Shown: piece after piece, positions 19,397-27,844 of the stretch | Layout: every line of letters starts with the position of its first letter | How positions within the stretch are numbered: the stretch's first letter is position 1 | Assembly: GCA_963796685.1 (NCBI GenBank) | Contig: CAWCMR010000003.1 | Coordinates: 1-64,000 of the forward strand | Direction: 5' to 3' | DNA from: an uncultured delta proteobacterium | Lineage (GTDB): Bacteria > Myxococcota_A > Polyangia > Fen-1088 | DNA length: 64,000 bases | The notes under the pieces: generated by a model | Told to the model about the DNA's origin: nothing | Database searches by the model: none | What the model saw: only the letters and a program-made list of their open reading frames with translations | Position numbers and translations under genes: made by a program

Positions 19397-20279
19397 ACTG
19401 GCCGAGAAATTGGGCAGCGGAAAGCTGGCGCTGACCGCCGCCTGCCTGCCCCCCCACGATGCCGACGCGGCGTCGGTGAAGAAGCTGGCGGGCTACTTTC
19501 CGGCCGCGCTCGACGGCGTGGTGGTTGCCGACAACCCGGGCAAGGTGCGTGGGTCGGCGCTGGCGTGTGCGGCGCTGTTGGCGGCGGAAAAGGTAGAGCC
19601 CATGCTCTCGCTCATCACGCGCGATCGCAATCGCATTGCGCTCGAATCGGACGTCCTTGGCGGCGCCGCTCTCGGCATCAAGAACTTCCTGTGCCTCACC
19701 GGCGCGCACCAGACGCTCGGCGCGGGCGCGCAGGCGGCGGGGGCCTTCGACATCGACTCGACCCAGCTTTGCCAAGCCCTGTCCAGGATGACCTCGCAAG
19801 GGGTCGACTTCGACGGCAACAAGCTTTCCTCTTCCCCGAATTTCGGTATTGCGGTTGCCGTACACCCGTATCTGCGGCCCATCGAGCTGTCCGTTCTGCA
19901 GCTCAAGAAGAAGATCGCGGCCGGGGCCCAGGTGCTCTTGACCGATCCCATCTTCGACGTGGCAGGCTTCGAGCAGTGGATGCAGGCCGTGCGCGCTGCC
20001 GGGCTCGACAAGAAGGCCGCCATCATCGCCAGCGTGATGCCCTTGCAGAGCGTCGCCCAGGCCGAATTCCTTGCGGCGCGTTCGGGCTTTGCTCCGATTG
20101 GCGACGAGGTCATCGGCCGGCTGAAGGGTGCCAGCGACCCTATTCAGGCCGGCATCGCCATCGTGGCCGAGATTGCGGGCAAAGTGAAAGCCATCGCGGG
20201 CGTGCGTGGCGTTCACATCCTCAGCGACGGTTGCGAGCAGTCGGTGGCCAAGATCATCCAGGAGGCGCGCCTGGCGTAA
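19380..20279 (+). CDS. metF: MetF (methylene-THF reductase)-family flavoprotein with substituted folate-site residues
   Basis: RDRNRIALESDVLGGAALGIKNFLCLTG, FDIDS and LKKKIAAGA are typical of MetVF-type MetF; but TAE>TAA, TGD>TGA and TQ>TD. Confidence 0.85.
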   Translation: MKATNKLAEKLGSGKLALTAACLPPHDADAASVKKLAGYFPAALDGVVVADNPGKVRGSALACAALLAAEKVEPMLSLITRDRNRIALESDVLGGAALGIKNFLCLTGAHQTLGAGAQAAGAFDIDSTQLCQALSRMTSQGVDFDGNKLSSSPNFGIAVAVHPYLRPIELSVLQLKKKIAAGAQVLLTDPIFDVAGFEQWMQAVRAAGLDKKAAIIASVMPLQSVAQAEFLAARSGFAPIGDEVIGRLKGASDPIQAGIAIVAEIAGKVKAIAGVRGVHILSDGCEQSVAKIIQEARLA

Positions 20280-20296
20280 GCCGGGCGGAGCTGCAC

Positions 20297-21694
20297 ATGC
20301 CCGACAAGTATCATGTCAAACCCGTGGCAACGCCCGGACGCTTCCGGCGCGTGGGCAAGTTCGGCAGCGTCGATTGGCGCGAAGACTGCTCGCGCTGCAC
20401 GAACTGCGTGAAGCCGCGCTGCGTGTACGACACCTATAAGAAGGAGGCGGCCTACAATCGCGATCCTTCGACCTCGGTGGTGCCGCTTTACGAATGCCGG
20501 GGGTGTCTTTCGTGCGTGCAGGGGTGCACCAAGGGCCTCTTGGCCATCGCGCTCAATCCGGAATACCTGGCGCTGGGGGACGAGTACTGGAAGCCCGACA
20601 TCCTGGCCACCACCTGGAACCAGGCCGACAGCGGTCGCATCCCGGTGTCCGGCGCGGGGTATCGCGGCCGCTACCACGGCCCGGGCTTCGACGGCATCTG
20701 GACCGACATGTCCGAGATCGTCCGGCCCACCCGGGACGGCATCCACGGCCGCGAGTACATCAGCACCAGCGTGGACATCGGGCCGAAGCCCATGCGCCTG
20801 ACCTTCACTCCCGACGGCAAGATGCTCAGCGAGCCGAGCGCGCTCATCGACCTGCCCATCCCGCTGATTCTGGACGTCCCGCCCTGGACCATCGGCGGAC
20901 AGGCCCTGACCAAGGCGCGGCTGGCGGCAGCCAAGGCGCTCAAAGCCCTGACCGTGGCCTCGGCCGCCGAGGTCGCGGGCGTCCCAGCCGATCAGTTGCC
21001 CCACCTGGTGCCGCTCTTGGGCGGCGAAGGACTGGGCGCCGCGGAGCCGATCCTGCGCCAGGTGCGCATGGCCGAATTCGTGGACGGGGCGCAGGCGCTG
21101 GACCTGGTCAAGAAGGCCAAGGGAATCCATCCCGGCCTGATCTGCGCCCTGCGCTTGCCCATGCAGACCTATGCCGCGGACCGGATTTTGGCGGCGAGCA
21201 AGGCCGGCGTGAAGGTGTTTCATCTGTGCGCGGATCAGCACGGCCAGGAGATCGGCGCGGAGAAGCCCCGCCACATCAAGGACGCCTTGCGCGAGATCCA
21301 CACCCGCCTGGTCAAGGAAGGCATGCGCGACGAGGTCACCCTGATCGTGTCGGGAGGCATCGCCCTGGCCGAGCACATGGCCAAGGCCATCATCTGCGGC
21401 GCGGATTTGGTGGCGGTCGACACGTCGTTGCTGGTGGCGCTGGGGTGTCGCGTGTGCCGCGGAGCCTCGGGGACGACGCATGTCGAGCAATGCGCGGCCG
21501 AGGCGGGCGATCTGGATCCGGTGTACGCGGCCCAGCGCATGGTCAACTTGATGGCCGCCTGGCACTCGCAGCTCATCGAGGTGCTGGGCGCCATGGGCAT
21601 CCGCGAGGTGCGGCGTCTGCGCGGCGAAGTCGGGCGCGCCATTTTCATGGAAGATATCGAACGGGAGGCTTTCGGTGACCTTGCCTGCAAGTAG
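20297..21694 (+). CDS. Glutamate synthase FMN-barrel-like subunit with N-terminal 2x[4Fe-4S]; degenerate active site
   Basis: CSRCTNC..C and CRGCLSCVQGC; GFDGIWTDMSEIVRPTRDGIHGREYIST; LIVSGGI; GAMGIREVRRLRG; lacks MS(F/Y)G and QGAKPG. Confidence 0.8.
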   Translation: MPDKYHVKPVATPGRFRRVGKFGSVDWREDCSRCTNCVKPRCVYDTYKKEAAYNRDPSTSVVPLYECRGCLSCVQGCTKGLLAIALNPEYLALGDEYWKPDILATTWNQADSGRIPVSGAGYRGRYHGPGFDGIWTDMSEIVRPTRDGIHGREYISTSVDIGPKPMRLTFTPDGKMLSEPSALIDLPIPLILDVPPWTIGGQALTKARLAAAKALKALTVASAAEVAGVPADQLPHLVPLLGGEGLGAAEPILRQVRMAEFVDGAQALDLVKKAKGIHPGLICALRLPMQTYAADRILAASKAGVKVFHLCADQHGQEIGAEKPRHIKDALREIHTRLVKEGMRDEVTLIVSGGIALAEHMAKAIICGADLVAVDTSLLVALGCRVCRGASGTTHVEQCAAEAGDLDPVYAAQRMVNLMAAWHSQLIEVLGAMGIREVRRLRGEVGRAIFMEDIEREAFGDLACK

Positions 21695-23243
21695 TGTTCA
21701 ACCAGCGACGGGCGCGGGAAAGGCCGGTGCAGGGCAACCCGTGATTTCGGCGGGCGGCGAGCCCCAGGTGACCGTGGAGCGCACGGTGCGGCCCATGCCC
21801 GACCGCTACCGCAACGCCCTCGGCAAATACAAGATTGGACGCTCGGCCGACTGCGTGGGCTGCGGCGACTGCGTCAAGCTGTGTCCCGAGGGCGTGCACG
21901 TCAAGCCCGACGGCTACACCTTTTCGCTGCGTCCGCGCGACCACCTCTGTATCGGGCCGGATTGCGCCAAGACCGAGCATTACTGCGTCGCCAAGTGCAC
22001 CAAGAAGGCGCTGTCTATAGCGCGCAACCCGACGGTGGACGCCATGGGCGATCCGCGCTGGACCTCGGATCTGATTCTCTCCACCTGGCACATGGCCGAA
22101 ACCGGGCACGCGCCGAAAGCGGGACTCGAGCACCGGGTGGGTGCCTCGGGCGGCGGGTTCGACCGCATCGGGTTCGACTTCCCTGCGGCGCCGCCCAAAG
22201 TCGATCCGGCGAAAGTCGACACCGGGCTCGATCTCAATCGGCGCAACGATGGCCGACCGCAGGTTCACATCGATCTGCCGGTGTACGGCGGTGGCATGTC
22301 ATTCGGCTCGGTCAGCATCCACACCATCCTGGCCAAGGCGCGCACCGCCGCCGCGTGGAACATCTTCACCTGCACCGGCGAGGGCGGCTACCACGACCGC
22401 TTGAAGCCCTACGACGACCACGTCATCACCCAGGTCGCCACCGGCCTGTTCGGCGTGCGCGAGGACACCATCCAGCGCGTGCGCATGGTCGAGTTCAAGT
22501 ACGCCCAGGGCGCCAAGCCCGGCCTCGGCGGCCACTTGCTCGGCGACAAGAACACCCCGGCGGTGGCGCGCATGCGCGAGGCCGTGGCGGGCAACGCCCT
22601 GTTCTCGCCCTTTCCGTTCCACAGCGTGTACAGCGTCGAGGATCACAAGAAGCACCTCGATTGGATCAAGGAGGTCAATCCCCGCGCCCTGGTCTCGGTG
22701 AAGGTGTCCACCCCGACGGACGTGGACATGGTCGCCGTGGGCAGCTACTACGCCGGCGCGCACATCATTCACCTCGACGGCAGCTATGGCGGCACAGGCG
22801 CCGCGCCCGACATCGCCAAGAAGAACATCGCCATGCCGCTCGAATACGCCATCGCCAAGGTGCACAAGTTCCTGGTCGCGGAAGGCATTCGCGATGGCGT
22901 CACCTTGATCGTCAGCGGCGGCGCGCGCACGGCCTGGGACGTGATGAAGGCCATCGCGCTCGGCGCCGACGGCGTGGTCATCGGTACCGCGGAAATGGTC
23001 GCCCTCGGTTGCGTGCGCTGCGCGTGCTGCGAGAGCGGTCGCGGCTGTCCGCGCGGCATCGCCAGCACCGACCCCGAACTGATGATGCTGATGAGCCTCG
23101 ACTGGGCCACGCAACGCTTGATCAACCTCATGTCGGCCTGGCGCGAGCAGATGGTCGAGATCCTGGTGAAGCTCGGTATCCCGAGCACGCGCGAGCTGCG
23201 TGGCCGCAGCGACGTCCTCACCTACGCCAAGGAGGCCGAGTGA
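21675..23243 (+). CDS. gltB: Glutamate synthase FMN-binding subunit (archaeal/split GltB2 type) with ferredoxin domain
   Basis: CVGCGDCVKLCP; GGMSFGSVS; TGEGG; QVATGLFGV; EFKYAQGAKPGLGGHL; CVRCACCESGRGCPRGIA. Confidence 0.88.
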   Translation: MTLPASSVQPATGAGKAGAGQPVISAGGEPQVTVERTVRPMPDRYRNALGKYKIGRSADCVGCGDCVKLCPEGVHVKPDGYTFSLRPRDHLCIGPDCAKTEHYCVAKCTKKALSIARNPTVDAMGDPRWTSDLILSTWHMAETGHAPKAGLEHRVGASGGGFDRIGFDFPAAPPKVDPAKVDTGLDLNRRNDGRPQVHIDLPVYGGGMSFGSVSIHTILAKARTAAAWNIFTCTGEGGYHDRLKPYDDHVITQVATGLFGVREDTIQRVRMVEFKYAQGAKPGLGGHLLGDKNTPAVARMREAVAGNALFSPFPFHSVYSVEDHKKHLDWIKEVNPRALVSVKVSTPTDVDMVAVGSYYAGAHIIHLDGSYGGTGAAPDIAKKNIAMPLEYAIAKVHKFLVAEGIRDGVTLIVSGGARTAWDVMKAIALGADGVVIGTAEMVALGCVRCACCESGRGCPRGIASTDPELMMLMSLDWATQRLINLMSAWREQMVEILVKLGIPSTRELRGRSDVLTYAKEAE

Positions 23244-26077
23244 TGCGCGACCTGCCGGAACAGGTTCTAGCGACTCGCAGCCAGGTGTATGAGGAGGGCG
23301 ATCGCGTTGGCGGAGCCGGGCTTTGCCCGGCGGAGCCAGAGCGCGGGAGGGCACGGGAACCCTCCGAGGGTTCCCGTGTAGATCGCGTTGGCGGAGCCGG
23401 GCTTTGCCCGGCGGAGCCAGAGCGCGGGAGGGCACGGGAACCCTCCGAGGGTTCCCGTGTAGATCGCGTTGGCGGAGCCGGGCTTTGCCCGGCGGAGCCA
23501 GAGCGCGGGAGGGCACGGGAACCCTCCGAGGGTTCCCGTGTAGAGGAGGGTGGCTGCGGCGTCACGGGGTTTGCTTGCAACATTCCCGTGCGCGGCAAGT
23601 TCATCCACGAGCCGTCCATTCAAATGCAGAACCGCGGCAACGGCAAGGGTGGCGGTATCGCGGCGGCGGGCCTGGTGCCCGAGCAGGTCGGGGTCTCGCG
23701 CGACGTGCTCGACTCGCACTACCTGCTGCAGATCGCGCTGTTGGATCCGTCGGCGGACAACGAGGTCGAGCAAAAGTTCGTGCTGCCGCATTTCGATGTC
23801 GCCCTGTCGACCAAGCAGGAGCACCTCGACGATCACCGCGACATTCCCGGCCTCGACGTGCGACCGCCCGACATTCACCGCTACGTCGTACGGGTCAAGC
23901 CCGCGGTGCTGAAGGCTTTCGGCGAATCGAATGGCCTCGGCAAGCTGTCTCCGCGCGACCTGGAAGACGAATTCGTGTGGCGTAATTCGTACCGCTTGAA
24001 CGACACCCTGTACGCCTCGCTCGGCGAGAAGCGAGCCTTCGTGCTGTCGCACGGCCGCGACCAACTGGTGTTCAAGCTGGTCGGCTACGCCGAGCAGAAC
24101 GTCGAGTACTACAAGCTCGAGGATTTCAAGGCCCACGTCTGGATCGCCCACCAGCGCTATCCGACGAAGGGGCGCGTGTGGCACCCCGGCGGTGCGCACC
24201 CGTTCGTGGGGATCAACGAGGCTCTGGTCCACAATGGCGACTTCGCCAACTACCACTCGGTCTGCGAATACCTGCGCCAACGCAACATCAAGCAGCAGTT
24301 CCTGACCGACACCGAGGTGTCGGCGCAGCTCTTCGATCTGTGGGATCGCGTCTACAAGTACCCGCTGGAATACATCATCGAGGCCCTGGCGCCCACCACC
24401 GAGCTGGACTTCGACCAGCTGCCCAAGGACAAGCAGCGCATCTACCGCGAGATCCAGGCCACCCACATCCACGCCTCGCCCGACGGGCCGTGGTTCTTCA
24501 TCATCGCGCGCAACCATCCCGATCTCCATCGCATGCAGCTCCTTGGCATCACGGACACGGCCATGCTGCGGCCGCAGGTGTTCGCGCTCTCGGACAGTGG
24601 CGACGTGCAGATCGGCCTTATTTGCTCGGAGAAGCAGGCCATCGACGCTACCTTGCGCGGACTGTCGCGCGAGGATCCGCGCTTCTCGCCCGTGGCCGAT
24701 CGCTACTGGAACGCGCGCGGCGGCAGCAGCAGCGACGGAGGCGCCTTCATCTTCACGGTGACGGGAGACGAGGGAAAGAAGAAGCTGACTTGCGCCGACA
24801 AGTTCGGCCGGCAGGTCAAGCTCGACATCGGCAAGGTCCGTTGCGATCAGCCGAAATCGGCGCCGCTGGTGGAGATCGTCTCGGCCGGCATCCGCAAGGC
24901 GATCGCCGAGTCGCTCAAGCAGGGCAGGGCGCACGATCTCTACACCCACGTGGTGCGGAGCCTCCCGGGATGGCCCGCCGCCGGTCTGCGCGAGCTGTGC
25001 GAGCAGATCGTCGCAGCGGCCGATAACGGCCGCGCCAAGGCCACCGCCATCGAGGCGCTGACCTTGCTCTACGACCGCCGCTACGACACCGGCGACAAGC
25101 GCCGCGCCACCGTCCTGCCCGTGCTCGAAGAGACGCTGATGCGCCTGTTCGACGCCACGCCACTCATCGGTGAGCCCGGAGAAGGCACGTTCCGACGGTT
25201 CCATTGGGACAGTCGGAACAACATCGAAGCGCCCAAGCCTGGCGAAGAGATCCTGGTCATCGACGCGGAGAAGTTTCCGCCCGAGGGTGACGACTGCGAT
25301 GCCGTGTACCTGCGCAAGGCCTATGAGGCCGGTTGGAAGCGCTTCATCGTGTACCGCCTGCGCGGTCAGCGCTTCACCGGCGTCGGCCTTGGCCCGAGCA
25401 CCCACGGCGTGCGCATCGACACCTACGGGTCGAGCGGCGACTACCTGGCGAGTGGCATGGACGGCGAGGAGATCTATGTCCACGGCAATGCCCAGGATCA
25501 GGTCGGCCAGATCGCCAAGCAGGGCAAGCTGGTCATCTACGGCGACGTGGGTCAGACCTTCATGTACGGCGCCAAGGGCGGCGACGTCTTCATCATGGGC
25601 AATGGCGCGGGCCGGCCGCTCATCAATGCCGTCGGTCGTCCGCGCGTGGTCATCAACGGCACCTGCCTCGACTTTCTTGCCGAGTCGTTCATGGCCGGCG
25701 ATCCGCTCAATGGCGGCGGATTCGTCATCCTGAACGGGGTGGAATTCGACGGCCACGCCAAGCTGGTGCCGCTGGCCTCGCCCTACCCGGGCAGCAACCT
25801 GTTCTCGCTCGCCTCGGGCGGCGCCATCTATGTGCGCGACCCGGACAAGAAGGTGGTCGAACAGCAATTGAACGGCGGCGTGTTCGCGGCCTTCACGGGC
25901 GCCGACTGGCGCCTGATTCGAGCCTACTTGGAAGAGAACGAGCGCTTGTTCGGCATCAACGTGCAGGACCTACTGACCGTGAACGGCAAGTTGTGCGAGC
26001 CCGAGCAGGTGTATCGCAAAGTCAGCGCGCAGGCGCTGGCGGTGCTGGCGGCCGCGACCAAGGAGTCGAAGAAATGA
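23243..26077 (+). CDS. Glutamate synthase amidotransferase (class II Ntn) + GXGXG domain fusion (GltB1/GltB3)
   Basis: TGATG overlap; EEGG-CGV nucleophile Cys at 23555; HQRYPT; HPF; HNGD; TDTE; C-terminal GSSGDYLASGMDG...GDVGQTFMYGAKGG beta-helix. Confidence 0.88.
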   Translation: MRDLPEQVLATRSQVYEEGDRVGGAGLCPAEPERGRAREPSEGSRVDRVGGAGLCPAEPERGRAREPSEGSRVDRVGGAGLCPAEPERGRAREPSEGSRVEEGGCGVTGFACNIPVRGKFIHEPSIQMQNRGNGKGGGIAAAGLVPEQVGVSRDVLDSHYLLQIALLDPSADNEVEQKFVLPHFDVALSTKQEHLDDHRDIPGLDVRPPDIHRYVVRVKPAVLKAFGESNGLGKLSPRDLEDEFVWRNSYRLNDTLYASLGEKRAFVLSHGRDQLVFKLVGYAEQNVEYYKLEDFKAHVWIAHQRYPTKGRVWHPGGAHPFVGINEALVHNGDFANYHSVCEYLRQRNIKQQFLTDTEVSAQLFDLWDRVYKYPLEYIIEALAPTTELDFDQLPKDKQRIYREIQATHIHASPDGPWFFIIARNHPDLHRMQLLGITDTAMLRPQVFALSDSGDVQIGLICSEKQAIDATLRGLSREDPRFSPVADRYWNARGGSSSDGGAFIFTVTGDEGKKKLTCADKFGRQVKLDIGKVRCDQPKSAPLVEIVSAGIRKAIAESLKQGRAHDLYTHVVRSLPGWPAAGLRELCEQIVAAADNGRAKATAIEALTLLYDRRYDTGDKRRATVLPVLEETLMRLFDATPLIGEPGEGTFRRFHWDSRNNIEAPKPGEEILVIDAEKFPPEGDDCDAVYLRKAYEAGWKRFIVYRLRGQRFTGVGLGPSTHGVRIDTYGSSGDYLASGMDGEEIYVHGNAQDQVGQIAKQGKLVIYGDVGQTFMYGAKGGDVFIMGNGAGRPLINAVGRPRVVINGTCLDFLAESFMAGDPLNGGGFVILNGVEFDGHAKLVPLASPYPGSNLFSLASGGAIYVRDPDKKVVEQQLNGGVFAAFTGADWRLIRAYLEENERLFGINVQDLLTVNGKLCEPEQVYRKVSAQALAVLAAATKESKK
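23300..23542 (+). repeat. Three identical tandem 81-bp palindromic units inside the CDS
   Basis: Units start at 23300, 23381 and 23462. Each has hairpins GCCGGGC-TTT-GCCCGGC and CACGGGAACCCT-CCG-AGGGTTCCCGTG. GAGGAGGG flanks both sides. Confidence 0.95.
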
Positions 26078-26640
26078 CCATGACCCTGGCAGCAGGCGAA
26101 ATGTCCGGGGACTTCGCTGCGCAAGTCGAAGCTGAAAGCCACGCCAATTTGATGGCGTGCCTGCAGTGCAAGAAGTGCACTTCGGGTTGCCCGGTGGCCG
26201 CGGTTGCCGACGTCAAGCCGCACGAAATGGTGCGCATGGTGCAGTTCGGTCAGCGCGACGAAGTGCTGACGAGCAAGATGCTCTGGCAGTGTACCTCGTG
26301 CCAGACCTGCGCCACCCGCTGCCCGCAGAAGGTCAGCGTGGCCGCGCTCAACGACGGCCTGCGCCGCATGAGCGCCCGGGCCAAGGCGCGCAGCAAGGGC
26401 GCGGTCCCGACCTTCAACAGGATCTTCATGAAGGCGGTGCGCGAGCGCGGGCGCATGAACGAAGCGGGCCTCATGGCCTCGTTCAAGCTGCGCACCGGTC
26501 GGCTGTTCGAGGACATGGGCAAGCTGCCCATGATGCTCCTCAAGGGCAAGATGCCGCTGTGGCAGGCGGCGTCGCCGGGCCGCGGCGAGCGCGAGGCGAT
26601 GTTCGACCGCGCGGCCAAAGCGAAGGGCAGCAAGTCATGA
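26074..26640 (+). CDS. hdrC: Heterodisulfide reductase subunit C-like
   Basis: CLQCKKCTSGCP and LWQCTSCQTCATRCP; ATGA overlap with the upstream gene. Confidence 0.9.
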   Translation: MTMTLAAGEMSGDFAAQVEAESHANLMACLQCKKCTSGCPVAAVADVKPHEMVRMVQFGQRDEVLTSKMLWQCTSCQTCATRCPQKVSVAALNDGLRRMSARAKARSKGAVPTFNRIFMKAVRERGRMNEAGLMASFKLRTGRLFEDMGKLPMMLLKGKMPLWQAASPGRGEREAMFDRAAKAKGSKS

Positions 26641-26972
26641 CCGCCCGGAGTTTTTTCACCACAGAGGGCACAGAGAGCACAGAGACGGACCGGAGGGAAA
26701 GAAATGGTCGAATCCGGATCCGGATCCGGAGAACCCATCCCCTTCCGGCCTCTGTTGACCTGTCCATGAATTGGACAGGTCGACGGAAGCCGAGCCAAAG
26801 GCTCGGCCGCAGGTGGGGTGAAGTCCGCGAATTCACTTCGCGGACGAGGGGCGGGCCGCGGCCCGCCCCTTTGAAATCTTCAAGACGGGTCCATTTATGG
26901 ACACGTCTTGTGTCCTCTGTGCTCTCTGTGGTTCATCATCCGGATCGCACCACGAAAGGCGGTGCTTCGTGA
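26637..26972 (+). CDS. Possible 111-aa translational-coupling ORF spanning the hdrC-hdrB insertion
   Basis: Its ATG overlaps the hdrC stop (ATGA 26637-26640) and its TGA overlaps the hdrB start (GTGA 26969-26972); no recognisable domain. Confidence 0.3.
   Translation: MTARSFFTTEGTESTETDRRERNGRIRIRIRRTHPLPASVDLSMNWTGRRKPSQRLGRRWGEVREFTSRTRGGPRPAPLKSSRRVHLWTRLVSSVLSVVHHPDRTTKGGAS
26658..26932. mobile_element. MITE-like/structured element with CACAGAG-type terminal inverted repeats and six internal palindromes
   Basis: Left end ACCACAGAGGGCACAGAG matches the reverse complement of the right end, ACCACAGAGAGCACAGAG (17/18). Stems at 26713-30, 26757-81, 26789-807, 26823-45, 26847-70 and 26881-910. 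Confidence 0.7.
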
Positions 26973-27835
26973 GCTACGCGTTCTTCCCGGGTTGTAGTAT
27001 GGAAGGCACGGCGCACGACTATCAGAAGTCGACGGTGGCGGTGAGCAAGGTGCTGGGGCTGGAATTGCCCGAGATTCCCGGGTGGACTTGTTGCGGCTCG
27101 ACCTCGGCACACCAGACGGACCACCTGTTGTCGCTGGCTCTGCCGGCCAAGAACCTGGTCGCCGCCGAGGGCAAGCCCGTGGCCGTGGGGTGCGCCGCCT
27201 GTTACAGCCGCCTGAAGACCGCCAACTACGAAATCGCCAACGACGAGCAAACGCGCAAGTCCGTGGCCGGCGTCGTCGGCAAGGACTACGACGGCAAGAC
27301 CGAGATCCTGCACCTGCTCGAGATCCTGGCCCGCGACGTCGGCATGAAGAAGATTGCCGAGGCGACGAAGAAGCCGCTCAAGGGACTCAAGCTGGTCACC
27401 TACTACGGCTGCCTGCTCTCGCGACCGCCCGAGGTTACCAAGTTCGACGACCCGGAAAACCCGACGCTGATGGATCAGGTGCTGGAGGCCGCGGGCGCGA
27501 CCATCCTCGAATGGCCGCACAAGACCGAGTGCTGCGGCGCCGGGTATTCGATCACCGACGTCACCATCGTCAAGAAGCTCACGCGCGAAATCCTGGCCAT
27601 GGCCAAGGCCGCCGGTGCCGACTGCATCGCGACGGCGTGTCCGCTGTGCCAGCTCAATCTCGATTTGCGCCAGAAGGATACGGAAGAGGCATCCGGCGAA
27701 CGGTTCAACCTGCCGGTGTTCTATTTCACGCAGTTGCTGGGCCTGGCCTTCGGCCTTTCCCGCAAAGAATTGGGCCTGCGCAGCCTGGTGGTCAGCCCCA
27801 AGAAGCTCTTGGCCGACCGTGGAATTGGTGTTTGA
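26969..27835 (+). CDS. hdrB: Heterodisulfide reductase subunit B-like (two CCG domains)
   Basis: FFPGC...WTCCGS...CAACY and YYGC...ECCGAG...ACPLCQLNL; GTG start. Confidence 0.92.
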   Translation: MSYAFFPGCSMEGTAHDYQKSTVAVSKVLGLELPEIPGWTCCGSTSAHQTDHLLSLALPAKNLVAAEGKPVAVGCAACYSRLKTANYEIANDEQTRKSVAGVVGKDYDGKTEILHLLEILARDVGMKKIAEATKKPLKGLKLVTYYGCLLSRPPEVTKFDDPENPTLMDQVLEAAGATILEWPHKTECCGAGYSITDVTIVKKLTREILAMAKAAGADCIATACPLCQLNLDLRQKDTEEASGERFNLPVFYFTQLLGLAFGLSRKELGLRSLVVSPKKLLADRGIGV

Positions 27836-27844
27836 GGCAAGACG

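Noticed and set aside
23300-23542. CRISPR array
   Set aside because: The units are identical over their full 81 bp, with no variable spacers; they lie in frame in a CDS and there are no cas genes
19565-26640. ORF-track N-terminal extensions (starts at 19565, 21881, 25333)
   Set aside because: They overlap the preceding genes out of frame; the true starts are 20297, 23243 and 26074, supported by RBS or stop-start overlaps
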